A DNA stretch of 64,000 nt from Octopus vulgaris (Eukaryota): assembly GCA_951406725.2 (NCBI GenBank), contig OX597829.1, positions 52,638,001 to 52,702,000 of the forward strand, read 5' to 3'. Each line of letters opens with the position of its first letter. The stretch's first letter is position 1. The notes beneath the pieces were generated by a model, which was not told where the DNA came from, ran no database searches, and saw only the letters and a list, made by a program, of their open reading frames with translations. Below are positions 26,688 through 40,773 of this stretch, in pieces. A program made the position numbers and the translations under genes.

Positions 26688-29167
26688 TTTTAAATCATGG
26701 GTGCTGATAACATTGTGTTTGTATTTGAACTCCCATCTGCTGACAATACTTTCTGCTTAGAGTGGTCAGTATATCATGACTGATGAGGTGGAACCATACC
26801 TCTCTCCAGGATCTGTTATTTGCAGAGAGAGACTCCTGGATAGTGAACATTGTTTGTCAGATACGTTTTCCTATTGTCTCTTGATGGAGCAGCAGTTCTG
26901 AGTCAAATGCAGACCAAGCTGGGGCATTTGGCATCTCTTCTGGTATTCACAACTCCAGTCAAATTTATGCAGCTGATAGAACTTCCACATTAGGACTAGT
27001 AGTGGACAAAATAGATAATGTCCTTTGGGAAATTCTAGGTGTTGAGATTCAAATGGCTGGTTGGCCATTTTAGCCTAGGGACTGTGAATAACTTCCAGAA
27101 ACTCTTGTCTTGGCAGTGCTACCAAAAACTATTGCCAGTTCAGGACAAACTCTACAGACAGAAATTCTTTCATGTCCAAGATGTACGCAGTGCAATGAAA
27201 CTGAATGAGTGTGTTCTGGACTAATTTGTTGAGTGTGTGAGTGTTGCTGAGTTGTGTGGAGTGTTGATGAACCATTGTTATTGTATTTGAGATGGATCTG
27301 GCCATCAGCCATATCCATAATGAAGCTTAACTTAGTCACCTTCCTTTGGAATGGACAGGAAGCTTTCTTATACCTGGTGGCCGTGACAAATGAAGTTGTT
27401 TGGTAGGCATGACTGTGGAAAAGGAAAGCTCTCCTCAGTTTTTTTCAAAGTTCCTTTTGACTTTTCCAAGTTCTGCTTGGAGAGGAAGTGGAAGTGAAGA
27501 TGGCAAGGAGGGGGTGATACTATCCTTCAGTGAATTTGTTGAAAGGTGGGCAAGAGTGATGGTTATGGCCTGAGCATGGGGGTAAAAGTACTTAACATTC
27601 GTTGCCAGAGTATTTAGAAATATGTGCATATCTTTAATTGACTAAAGATAACTGTTCTTTTCTTGGAATCTCATGATTTTTCATTTATCCAGTTTCAATC
27701 TAAACTCCATAGTTTTATAATCTGTCCCTCTAATATCCCCTTATCCATAACCCTTCTCCCCTTGCTTCAAGATGTACTGATCAAACCCTTTAATTTGGAA
27801 TACATGCAAATCAATATATGTTTCCATTTTTAATGTTATATTCCATTGCTGTGGAATAACTTAAAGGAAATAGTTTTCATCATTTAGCTGAAATGTATTG
27901 CCGTATAAAATGAAAGTAATATTTATATCTAAGTAAACAAGAACCAATTTTGTTAGTTGTATATTTGAATTAAAAAGTTATATAAGTGTTGATCACTCAG
28001 GACAGAATTCTTGTAAAATTCCATTTATGAGTTTTGCCAGCTTTGAATTGATGAATTGATGTTATTGTTTAACCCAAGCTCTGTCCTAATCAAGCAGACC
28101 TTATAATCAAAGGCAGTCCAAAAATGACCATCCCAACTTTATTCTCAAGCAGTTGTGATCAGGAACACATTATCCAGTGTAAACTTTTTAAAATCAATGG
28201 GATGTGATTTTGAGAAAGACTAGACTACTATTCCTTGTGGATCAAGATTGTCTCTTTCTCTCTCTTGTTACTTTGGATGAATGAATGCTTATCTTAATAA
28301 TACATCAGTTTTAAATTTTGGCACAAGGCCAGAAATGTTGGGGGGAGGTGGTAAGTTGATTACATCGACCCCCAGTACTCAACTGGTACTTATTTTATCA
28401 ACCTTGGCAGAACTTGAACTCAGAACATAAAGAGGGACAAAATACTGCCTAGCATTCTTCCTGGCATGTTAACACTTCTGCCTACTTGCGATCTTTATAT
28501 TCTTAAATATGTATTAAAAATCTTTATATATTATTAGATTTTTCTCTTTGAATAAATTTTCAAAATTTGAATATAAAATTGATATTGGTTTATGACTGGT
28601 CTTAATAAAACAATCGCTGTCACTATTGAATTGGCCTGTGTAAAACTTGCTTACAAATGGCTATATAATTGACCAAAGAGGTTCCTGGGTGAGCCTTTAA
28701 TTATCTGAAATCAGACAGTTGTTATTAATGATATCATATTAAATAGCTGCTGTTTATTTCTTTTCAAATAAATCAACAAGTTGCAATTAAGAGATATTGT
28801 CTGAGCTTAGAACTATATTTAGTGGTGCAAGAACCGTTTCGTTAGCCTCTCCCCCTCCTTGCTTGTATATGCATATTCTCTCTTTCTTCCTCTGTATGTT
28901 TTTTTTCTTTTTCATTTCTGTTATAGTTTGTCATGCATTATACGTTACCAAACTGCATGTTCTGCTCTTTAGTTTGGCTATATATTACAAAATTCCTCAT
29001 GAAATATATGTTTACTACTGTGTAAACAATAATATATATAGTGTCAACACCCTTTGACAAGGTTGCAAAAGCAACGAAAAAATATAAATAATAAATAAAT
29101 GGAAATCTAACCAGTGAGTGTGTTAGATAATAAGGCATTAAGAGAATATGACTGTCCCCAGACATGA

Positions 29168-29199
<32 letters not shown>

Positions 29200-30221
29200 G
29201 GTACAATGTAAAAGAAGTACTGATGCTGGTGCCATGGAAAAAAAAACACCCAGTGTACTCTTTAAAGTGGGTGCTGTTAGGAAGGGTATAGAAAAACTGG
29301 GAAGCCTAGTGTGGTCTCTGGTCTTACCAGCTCTGGTCAAACTGACCAACCCATGCCAGCATGGAAAACATATATTAAATGACATCACACACAATGCTAA
29401 ACCCAAAAGCAATAACTATGAAAGCTGAAGCATATTAATTAGTTTTAATTAATTAGAATTAAGTTAATGCATCAGATTAACTGGGGGTTTTTTTTTTTTT
29501 GTGGTCCCATACACAAACGAGCTTCCGGCGTGCTGGCTTTTGTTTCAGTAGACTTTCTGGATGAAATGAATTATGGAAAGCAGATAGTTCTCCGTAGTTT
29601 TGTTCTGCGTAATGGGATATTTATAATCTTTGCATTCATAACTAGCAGGATGTTGGTTGGCATAGTTGCACTGCCAAGATCAGTATCATCACTTAGTCAG
29701 TGGTCAGTGTTATTTATTTACTTATAACAATGATGATGATAATATCATCATCATCATTATTGCATTTCCAAATCAATACATTACACTGGATACCATGGCA
29801 GCATGTCCTCACACAGTCTCTCTCTCTCTCTCTGACGCACACACATACTCACTCTCTCTCTGACGCACACACATACTCACTCTCTCCTTCTCTATATCCT
29901 TGGAACATCATTATTATGCCATTTATCCTTCACTAGCTTGTAGCCAATTGAAACTTACATTTGACTTATTTTACAAATATTAAGAGCTGTGCAGTGTGGG
30001 TGGAAAAGTCTAGAAGTTATTCCATTCAGCGTTGTTGTCTTGTTGTCTTGTAGACTTGTAACTTGGCGCTTGCAATAATGATTTTTCAAGATAGGTTTTC
30101 ATGGAAGGCAGTGGATATTTCTAAATTTATGACAACTCATTCATTCATATAATTAGATAAAAGAACGAGAGTTGGAGTGAGAGGAAACGGATTTATTGGT
30201 AAAACATTATGCTGTCTTCAA

Positions 30222-30720
30222 CACCACCACCACTGCCACCATCACCACCACCACTGCCACAATCATTGCTGTTGCCACCACAGCTGCAACCACCACCACC
30301 ATCACCACTACCAACAACAACAACATCACTACCACAACCCTCGCCGCCACCACCAGCACCACTACCGCTTCAACAATCATTGCTGCTGCCACCACCACAA
30401 CAACCATCACCACCACCACCAACAACAACAACACTACCACAACCCTCACCACCACCACCACCATTGCTGCAACCACCATCACCACAGCCGCCTCCGCAAC
30501 CTCCATCACCACCACCACCACCACCATCACACTGCAACCACCATCACCACAGCCGCCTCCACCACCGCCACCGCCACCTCCACCGCCATCACCACCACCA
30601 CCACACTGCAACCACCATCACCACAGCCGCCTCCACCACCGCCACCTCCATCACCACCACCACCACCACACTGCAACCACCATCACCACAGCCGCCGTCA
30701 CCTCCACCACCACCCATTCT
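30222..30720. repeat. Cryptic (CAC/CAA)n tract with higher-order units
   Basis: CTGCAACCACCATCACCACAGCCGCC recurs at ~30467, 30532, 30606 and 30671. Confidence 0.9.
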
Positions 30721-31292
30721 CACATCACTGACACGATTGTTCCTTCCTTCCACCACAACCAACATAAACTACCATTACAGTTTAATTTTCCCCCTCCATT
30801 CTCTCTCTCTCTCTCCAGAATTATAATCGACCATTTTAAAAAGTGAAGGACACATTGGGTGATGTAATTGTAGACGTACATCTGTTTTGAAAAAAAATGG
30901 AACAGTCATGGTTGGAATGTCTTTGATCAATGAGATACTCAATCAAAGCTGACATGAGGTGGGTGTATTGGTGGTGGTAGGGGCTAAAACAACACTGTCA
31001 CTCTCATTATAATCATTAATTACTATCTTGGTCTTCCACTGGGCTGTATGTTGTCAAGGGGCTTCCTTCCCAACCATGTGGTCTTGGGTTCAGTCCCACT
31101 GCATGGCACCTTGGGCAAGTGTTTCCTATTATAGCCCCATGCCAACCAAAGCCTTGTGAGTGGATTCAGTAGACAGTCCCAATGTGTGGCACCTTGGGCA
31201 GGTGTCTTCTACTATAGCCCCATACCAGCCAAAGCCTTGTGATCAGATTTGGTAGACAAAACTGGGGAAAAGGCTTTTGTGTATGTGTATAT

Positions 31293-31601
31293 CACCGTGA
31301 TCACCGTGACCGACCAGGCTATCAGATGTTGCTACACATCGCTGGTCTCAATGCGCTTCACATTGCTTTAACCTTCAAATGACGCCACCCTGCTGGCTAA
31401 GTGAGCAGGCCAACAGAAGAAAGAGTGAGAGAAAGTTGTGGCGAAAGGGTACAGCAGGGATTGCCACCACCCCCTGCCGGAGCCTCGTGGAGCTTTCGGT
31501 GTTTTCGCTCAATAAACACTCACAACGCCCGGTCTGGGAATCGAAACCGCGATCCTACAACTGCGAGTCCGCTACCCTAGCCACTGGGCCATTGCGCCTC
31601 C
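31293..31601 (-). mobile_element. Family D tRNA-derived SINE nested in the microsatellite of a family A SINE
   Basis: Minus-strand head GGAGGCGCAATGGCCCAGTGGCTAG...GGTTTCGATTCCC; 12-bp TSD GTATGTGTATAT at 31281-31292 and 31602-31613. Confidence 0.85.
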
Positions 31602-32541
31602 GTATGTGTATATTTGTATGTAAAATGTGTGTATGTGTTTATATGTAGGTATCTTTGTGTGTATTGCATTTATTACCTTCCTTACTTGACAACCGGTTTT
31701 GGTTTGTTAATTCCCTTTTAACTTAGTGTTTGGTAAAGAGACTGATAGAAGAAGTCCCAGACTTTAAAGAAAACAAAAGGACTGGGGATGGTTTGTCTGA
31801 CTAAACCCTTGAAGGTGATACCCCAGTGTCACTGCAATCTTTGCTTCCTTATTGTTGTCATTGTTGCCACTGCCTCTGCTCACAACAATTATTGTGTGAT
31901 TGCTTGACCTGTTTGAAGCAGTTACAATATTTTCTGCAAAACCATCTAATTACAGTCTTAGGAAAGTAAAATGCTCATTAGAAAATGTCCTTTGTAAACC
32001 GCCCCCCCATTAAGACTAGATGGTCTGGGTGGAATGCATTTGATCAGAGGCCTGCCTAATCAAAGATGACCTGGGGCTATATATTATTGTTGTCATCACC
32101 ATCTTTATAGCTGCTAATGTCATTGTTGATGTCGTCACCATAACCGTTTAATATTCAGATTACCCTATCAAATCTAAAGCTTATTTATTCACAGAAGCAA
32201 ACTGGCAGAATCGTTAGCACACCTGATAAAATGCTTAGCAGCATTTCATTCATCTTCACATTCTGAGTTCAAATTCTGCCAAGGTCACTTTACCTTTCAC
32301 CTATTGGGGCATCTGTGAAATAAGTACCATTTGAACAATGGGGGTCGATGTAATTGACTAACCCCCTTGCCACCAAATTTGGTAGAAAGAATTCACATTT
32401 AAAAAAAAATAATTCATGCATTGTCTCCTGATATGATTGTTTATTTTTAGAATGACATTGTAAGATAGGTATGAGAGGTAGGATCTGACTGATTTCAATA
32501 TAAAAACAGGTAGAATATTTGGGTCGGATATGGTTGTTTAA

Positions 32542-32760
32542 CCCTTTTGATACCAACCCGGCTGAAACCGCCTCTGGCTCTGAATACAAATGTCTTATTT
32601 TCAAAAGTTCTGAATTAAAATCTTCCACCAAACCTTAGTCACAATTTATGTTCCTAACACTAGCTTAATGATAACTAAGTTATTTTACTAAATTCTTTGT
32701 TATATTTAAAATTAATTGAAAGAAACAGAACATTTCAAAATAAATACAGTGACGAAAGGG
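32542..32760. mobile_element. TTAA-flanked (piggyBac-like) MITE, family 2
   Basis: TTAA|CCCTTTTGATACC...GTGACGAAAGGG|TTAA; a reverse copy lies at ~55257-55470. Confidence 0.75.
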
Positions 32761-33739
32761 TTAAAATATATAATAGAGAAACAATTCTTAATCCTTTCGT
32801 TGATCTGTTTATTCTGTTAGTTGTTACAATCATTCTAGTTTCTAACTTCATCACCTTCTGTGCTGATATTGTCTTAGTCATTAACCATTGCCATTACTGT
32901 TTTTATTCACATTCGGCTTCACCACTCACCTCCATTCATTGCTATCATTGTTGATTGTCTTTATTTCAATGGTCATTTTTTGTTAGCTTTGCATTTCTCT
33001 TGTCAGTGGCATATATAGTCATTACCAGAATGTCATTACCACTATGAATATCATTATCATTGTCCTTTCCTCTGTTATTACTATTGTCATTGTCTCCTGT
33101 TATTGTCATTGCTATTGCCATTGACCTTGCTGTATACATTACTGATGTTGTTGTCATTACTAATGTCATCGCCATCATTACTGATGTTGTTGCCATCATT
33201 ACCAGTGACATCATTACTACTGATGTTGTTATTGTCATCATTGCTCTTACATTAACAATTCAAATAGCATTGCTGTCATCACTAGCCTCCTCCCCATCGT
33301 TGCACCTGCCATAGTTTCCATTGCCATCATTACCATCATCAGTTATCATTATCATCATCAACACCACTATCATTCCATCAACCGTTACCACTGCCATCAC
33401 ATTCTTCATTATAATCTCTTGGTAATCATCGTTGTCATCATCGCCATCATTCATCATCATCATCATCATGTTTTTCTCAACATTCATCATCACTACCATC
33501 ATAATAGCCTACCTCTTCCTCCTCCCCACTTCCCCTCCCTCCTCATCCTCCCCCTCCCCCCTCTATACAACCAGTTACATTATTTATGCTCTCTGACGAA
33601 AACTTCAATAGGATCAGAATAAGCTGTATGTTCTTACAATTTATAGAGTTCATATATTTAGAAAAAAAAATTTATTTAAAAAAAAATTTTTTCCTTCAAA
33701 AGAATTTCTTTTCCTCTCTTTTGACAAACATTTTGTTAG

Positions 33740-34469
33740 ACGTAGGCATGGCTATGTGGTTAAGAGGGTCGTTTTGCAACCATTTGGTTTCAAGTTAAGT
33801 CCCACTGCTTGGCATCTTAGGCAAGTGTATTCTACCATAGCCTTGGGTCAACCAATGCCTTGTAGGTAAATTTGGTGGATGGAAACTGTGTGGGAACCTG
33901 TTGTGTGTCTTTGAATCTGTGTTTGTTCTCTTCCTAGTTTGATGAGTGATGTTTGGTTTGGTGGTGTTCCCTTAACTTAGCGGTTTGGCAAAAGGAGATT
34001 GATAGAATACATATCGGATTTTAGAAAAAATGAATACCAGTATCTTCATTGTGGTGCCCCAGCATGGCCACAGTCAAATGACAGATGCAAGTAAATGACT
34101 AAAGATTTTTGTTTTCAGTGTTATCTTTTATCTTTTACTTGTCTCAGTCATTGGATTGTGACCATGCTGGGGCACCACCTTGAAGGGTTTTTATTCAAAT
34201 GAATCAACCCCAATTCTTATTTTTTAAGCCTGGTACTTATTCTATTAGTCTCTTTTGTTGAACTGCTAAGCTACAGGAATGCAAACACACCAACACTGGT
34301 TGTCAAATAGTGGTGAAAAGACAAAGAAACACATACACATGTATATATATATATATACACAAGAATGGATTAGTTGTTCAGTACAATTGTTTCATACGAA
34401 GAACAGCTTTATTAAAAGGTGCAAATATTGCAGCAAATACAAGTGTCCCGTATTCATCAGCCAAAACAC

Positions 34470-34520
<51 letters not shown>

Positions 34521-35565
34521 TACATACACACACAAAAGGTTTCTTTCAGTTTCCGTCTTTCAAATCGACTTACGAGGCTTTGTTTGACCCAGGGTCATAG
34601 AAGAAACTTGCTCAAGGTGCTAAGTAGTAGGACTGAACCCTGAACCATGTGATTGGGAAACAAACTTCTTACCACACAGCCATGCCTTGATTATGTTACT
34701 CTTGATTATTTTCTTTTTTGTTGTTGAATTTTTTTTTTTTTGTGTGTGAGTGAGTATGTGTGTGTGGTGGGGGGGAATCTAAATCATGCACTTAAAAAAA
34801 AAAAAAACGAAAAATGAAAACTTTTGATGGCTATCATAAAACAGGGCGATTCATATTCTATTAATAATCTACTGTTTGATGCCAATCCCATGGAGCAACC
34901 ACATCTGCTGCGCAAAAGAATGGGGAGGAGGAGGAGAAAAAGTGAAAAGTTTTATTTTCAAATGTGACGTTTGGAGAAGGCAGTGTGACAAAAGAGCTTT
35001 TGGTGTTTAGTCTGAGGTTAGTGCTGACCGGTCAAGCAGACCTATTGATAATCACTAATGCTCCAGTGACTACATTATCCAATGTGTGGCTTTTTGTTTT
35101 GTTGTTGTAAGAGGGTAAAGTGTGATTTTTTTTAAAGGATAATCTGGTTATTTCTAGCAAATGGATCAACCAAGTAGTAGGTCACAGAGTATTGGATGTG
35201 GCTGTGTGGTAAGAAGCTTGCTTCTCAATCTTCAGGCCTGCTGCATGGCACCTTGGGCAAGTGTCTTTTTCTATAGCCTCGGGCTGACCAAAAGCCTTGT
35301 GAGTGGATTTGGTAGACGGAAACTGGAAGAAGCCCTGTGTGTGTGCATGTATGTGTATATCTGTGTATCTGTGTTTGTCTTCCCACCACTTGACAACTGG
35401 TGTTGGTATGTTTATGTCCCCATAACTTAGCAGTTTAGCAAAAGCAATCGATAGAACACATACCAAGCTTTAAAAGGGCAGTACTGGATTTGGTTCGTTT
35501 AATTAAATCCCTTCAAGGCAGTGCACCAGCATGGCCGCAGTCAAATGACTGGAACAAGTGGAAAA
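33740..35565. mobile_element. Three family A SINEs (+, -, +)
   Basis: Copies at ~33740-34105 (+), 34125-34687 (-) and 35196-35565 (+). Confidence 0.75.
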
Positions 35566-36025
35566 CAGAAATATAAAACTAAATATATTTGTTCCTTGTT
35601 GTTGTAAGTTTCAATCCCACCTGGGTTAATTTTAATATTTCATCATTTTGGCTGTTGAAGAGCTAAGTACCAGTCAAGTGCAGGAGAAGTCTGTACTAAC
35701 CAATTATATCCAACCACTTACAAAGCAGGCAGGAAAAACAAATGGGCCCTGTGCTTAAGTAATATAACCATAGTTCTATAGTTTCTATTGATGAGTAAAG
35801 AATATTGAGGAAGCTCCGTTTTTGTAAATTGGCCCCACCCTCACCCCCTGCCACCTACCTTGCCACAGAGAAACCTTGTTTAGTTTTATTTCTCATTTGT
35901 GTGTGAACATGTATATTTGTGTGTTCATGTATGCATTTATTAATGTAGCCTGGGTTTGGAAAGTGATAAAGGAGACAAAAAGTGCTACTTGATATACGGT
36001 TTCATGTGTTTGTTTTACATTGTGT

Positions 36026-36063
<38 letters not shown>

Positions 36064-36200
36064 TAAGCTTGCTTCCTGACCACATGGTTCTTGATTCAGC
36101 TCCACTGCATGGTGCCTTGGACAAGTGTTTTTTCCTATATCCTTGGGAGTGACCAAAGCTTTGTCAGTGGATTTAGTAGATGAAAACCGAAAGAAGTTTG

Positions 36201-36249
<49 letters not shown>

Positions 36250-38106
36250 TGTCTTCACGTCTGTGTTTCTCCCTCACTACAGCTTAACAGCCAATGTTGA
36301 TATGTTTACGTTCTTCATAACTTAGAAGTTCAGCAAAAGAAACCCACAGAATAATTTCCAAGCTTTAAAAAAAAAAAAGTCTTAGGGTCACTTCATTTGC
36401 CTAAAAACTTTTCAAGGCATTGCTCCATTGTGGCTGCTCTCCAATGACTGAAACCAGTAAAAGATACAAGAATGATATATATGGCTGTGTGGTTAAGAAG
36501 TTTGCTTCACAGCCACATGGCTTCAGGTTCAGTCTTACTGCATGGCATCATGGACATGTGTCACCTATTATAACCCCCAGACCAACCGAAGCCTTAGGTT
36601 GACAGAAACTGTGAGAAGCCTGTTATTACACCATTAAACTGAATGTTATCAAAAAGGCATCAAAATTGTGATGATATCATGTTGACAACTGATGAGGAGT
36701 GAGCATTGTCCACATCCTTTCTGTGTTTTTTTTAAATTTTCTGTATGTTCCTTTGATGTCTTCTTGTACTAGAGTTTGCTTTGTGTATGTATGTGTGAGT
36801 GTGCATGTGTGCGCATGCACTTGTGTGTGTTTATTTCACCACCACTACCACGACCGTTTGACAGCTGATTTGTTTACCTTCCCTTAACTTAGTGGTTCAG
36901 CAAAAGTAAGCAACAGAATAAGTATAAAACTTTCAAAAAAAAACAGTAACCTATGGGGACCAGTTTGTTTAACTAATCCTATAAGGTGATGCTGTAACAT
37001 GACCCTAATGATTCACACTATTGCAATTTTGTTTCTTGTGTGTATAAAGTGCCGGTTGGAATGTATGCATGGAAGAAACTCAGAGTAGCTTCCTGATACA
37101 ATATCAGACCTCTTGCTCCCAGATATCTAGAATTTGTAGAAACCCAGGAATGCTGTGAAATGCTCTACTATATGCTGTACCCTCTATTGTGTACAGACAC
37201 CCTATTTTTGAAGTTGTTTAATTAGCATATGGCGAGTTAGAAATAGTTTTGTCCTTTACTTTTTAAAATGGATTGATAAAGGTTAAACATACTCTGCTTT
37301 AGAAGTGTATTATTTTGTACATGTATTTGTTAAATAAAATCCTGTTCTTTTGTTTAATTTTCATCCTAAAAACATTATACAGTATACATGGTGCAGTAGG
37401 ATATATTTAAGTGGATTAATAAGTATCAAATAGTTCCTGCTTTAGAATTTTATTAATTTGAAACTATTAATTACAATTTTCATAGTTTATCTTGTATTTT
37501 AAGTATCTATTTAGTCTGTCATCAGAAAACTGGAAAATCCAGAAATCTGGGACACTTCCAATCCCAAGTATGCTGGATATTTGATCTGGTACTCTTTTTT
37601 TTTTTTTTTTTGAGAAGTGGTTAGAAAAACAGTCAAAGAGAATAACTATTATTGAAAAGTTGAGAAAAGGAATCATAGTTTGATAAGATTAAGCTGAAAT
37701 TAGTTTGTGGTGATAATGTGTCCTGAGCTGCTAATATATAAAGTATTGGAATCTCGGTAGATTAGTTAGTAGTGGTCAACAAAGCCAAAATAAGATGAAG
37801 TGCTAAATGTGGAACTGGTTGGTGCTCTGCTTGAAATGTTAAATTTCTCTTCTCCTGGCTCCACTAACATTATGGAATTATGGTTCTTTCTTGGTCTTAC
37901 AGAGATCATCTGCTGATGTTTTGTAATGTTACAATCTTCATTCAGGTAAAAGATTTGATGTAGAATTTAGCATAATGTCTTTGAATACAATTTTCTATGG
38001 GTTTCATGTGCTTTATGTCTAGGGTAACTTAGCCAGTTTGAAACTTTCTTGCAATCTGTATTTCTGATTGCACACATATATCAGTATGTATGTATGTATG
38101 TATGTA

Positions 38107-38187
<81 letters not shown>

Positions 38188-38647
38188 TATAAATGAATGT
38201 ATTTGTGTGTGTCTCCTCTGCTATCAATAATATGTGGGAAAGTTATGAATTTTAGTTAAATTGCTATTAAATTACTACTCGTGACCACATTTCCTTTCTT
38301 GAGCTCACAACTCCTGATGGAATCAAAGGAACACCATCATGGTATATGGTGTCTTGGGCAGCTTAGACCTGGTAGGCCCCCATCTCCTTCCAAGTTTGAC
38401 CACAGCTGATTTCTTTCAAAAGTGTGTCTTTAAAAAGTGTGTGGGAGAGGGAGAAGAATCAACTCCACTACTGGACTGGTACTTTACTGGCGACCCCACC
38501 CCTCTCCCAAGGAAAATGAAAGACAAAGTTAACCTCAGTGGGGTTTGAACTCAAAGCACAGGGAACTAACATGAATATCCGAAGGCGTTCAATTTGCTGA
38601 CCCTAGCAACTCTGCCAGCTTGTCCTCTGTTCTATCATTGTTTACTG

Positions 38648-38678
<31 letters not shown>

Positions 38679-38681
<3 letters not shown>

Positions 38682-38970
38682 AGGCGCAATGGCCCAGTGG
38701 TTAGGGCAGTGGACTCATGGTCGTAAGATCGTGGTTTCGATTCCCAGACTGGGCGTTGTGAGTGTTTATTGACAGAAAACATCTACAGCTCCGGCGGGGG
38801 GGGGGGGGGGTCCCTGCTGTACTCTTTCGCCGCAACTTTCTCTCACTCTTTCTTGTGTTGGCCTACTTGCTTAGCCAGTGGAGTGGCATCATTTGAAGGC
38901 TAAAACAATGCAAAGCGCATTGTGACCAGCAATGTGTAGCAACATCTGATAGCCTGGTCGGCCACGTGAT

Positions 38971-38977
<7 letters not shown>
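38679..38977 (+). mobile_element. Family D SINE inserted in (TA)n
   Basis: Homologous to 31293-31601, ends in CACGTGATCACGTGA, with (TA)n on both sides. Confidence 0.85.
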
Positions 38978-39004
<27 letters not shown>

Positions 39005-39637
39005 CATAACCCAGACAAGTTTTACTAGAGCAGTATCCTATTGCCTTCTCCATGGGCACATGGAGACTAAAACTTTTAATGAAGGAACATGTTGAAATGT
39101 TCTTGCCTCTTCCTCAAGCATAAAGGGAGTAAAACATAAAGTAAGGAACCAAAATAAGTTCGTTTGTTTCCCTTTTGTGTAGAAGACTGATATGAAGAAC
39201 TGTCTGTCACTGGCATTGTATTTTATGCATGTCCAAGACACACGATTCTCAGTGACTGAGTCTACATAACTTAAGACAGGTACCATTTGTAGTCTAGTTT
39301 ACCATTTATAAACAGTGTTAGCATTGAAATTCATTGGCCGACATCATTTCCCTTCATAAAAGATCTTACCTGTCAAAGACCAGTATCCTTGTATCTAGAA
39401 GGGAATATATCTATTTCACCTGCTTAACATTACAGAAACCCAGATTTGAATAGCAGCAGCCCTTTGTTTCCTTTTTAATTTGGCAACAGATTAAGGCATC
39501 TGTGTACCTTTTTTTATGTTTTTATTATTTTTTTTTTAGCTGCAGTACTTGTGTACCTATCATTAGTAATTAAAGGGAAAATTGTATTTAATTAGCACAT
39601 CTCCTTCAATGATCATATTGAAATGTTCAATGCACCA

Positions 39638-39669
<32 letters not shown>

Positions 39670-40414
39670 TTGGGGTTGGGGATGGGGAGTGGGGGTTATT
39701 GTGAAAGAGGGGGGGAGTGTGTATTCCTTGTGATTCATATATATATATATCTACATTGTTGAATGACTAGGAAGTAGAGGAGCTCATAACTGTCAAATTT
39801 CTACTGTTGATTGAATTCGTCAGTAGTTGATAGTAAACTGCTGTTGGCCACATGGATGACTCATATGTAAGCAGTCAGATGGTTCTACACCCCCACTATC
39901 ACCCACTATATTTGTGTGTGTGTGTATGTATATAAATGTATGTATATAAATGTATGTATATAAATGTGTGTGTGCATGTATTGCATTTGCACATGCATTC
40001 ATATGTGCAGACAGTGTAGGGAGCAGTAAGAATTACTGGGTGCTTGTCTTCAAGATTTATCAGATTAATAGCATGGTTGCTGGTGCATGTGAAAAGCCCG
40101 GTTCCTGGCTTGGATTCTGATTGGCCAAAGTTGTGTTATTTCAGCGAACTTATTTCGCATTGTATATAAATGGAAATCTATTTAGATGACAGCGTTAACA
40201 CACCTCAGTTAATTCGTTTTTCTATTTTTTCTCATTAATTTGTTTCACATTACCTCATTGGATTAATTTGAATAAGTTAACCACAGTGACGTGGACAAAG
40301 TGACATGTCAAGATGAAAACCGTACTGTCGTTTAATAAACAGGAGTTTGATTACTGCATCATATTTGCTGCTTCCCAAATTTTGAAGGTGCTAAGAAAAG
40401 TCGAAATGGAACAG

Positions 40415-40623
40415 TACTCTTTTACTTGTTTCAGTCATTTGACTGCGGCCATGCTGGAGCACCACCTTTAGTCAAGCAACTCGACCCCGGGACTTATTCT
40501 TTGTAAGCCCAGTACTTATTCTATCGGTCTCTTTTGCCGAACCGCTAAGTGACGGGGACGTAAACACACCAGCATCGGTTGTCAAGCAATGCTAGGGGGA
40601 CAAACACAGACACACAAACATAT

Positions 40624-40656
<33 letters not shown>

Positions 40657-40773
40657 CATATATACGACAGGCTTCTTTTTCAGTTTCCGTCTACCAAATT
40701 CACTCACAAGGCATTGGTCGGCCCGAAGCTATAGCAGAAGACACTTGCCCAAGATGCCACGCAGTGGGACTGA
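40415..40773 (-). mobile_element. Family A SINE, young, head-truncated
   Basis: Nearly identical to the copies at 4250-4560 and 22958-23250. Confidence 0.85.

Noticed and set aside
26800-27620. Coding-like non-repetitive stretch
   Set aside because: Probably an old retroelement remnant, but no motif could be confidently assigned and all frames are broken.
30177-30846. Long Thr-, Pro- or His-rich ORFs (mucin/extensin-like)
   Set aside because: All three frames are open because the CAC-type repeat lacks stops, and no convincing splice sites were found.
37903-37945. Possible 43-nt exon (CACTAAC branch, TCTTACAG acceptor, CAG|GTAAAA donor) whose length would bridge phase 0 to phase 1
   Set aside because: It has an in-frame TAA in the required frame. 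It could only be a poison or non-coding exon, and nothing supports that.
38679-38755. tRNA gene
   Set aside because: The tRNA-like A/B boxes are SINE heads that run into SINE bodies; there is no acceptor stem or terminator.
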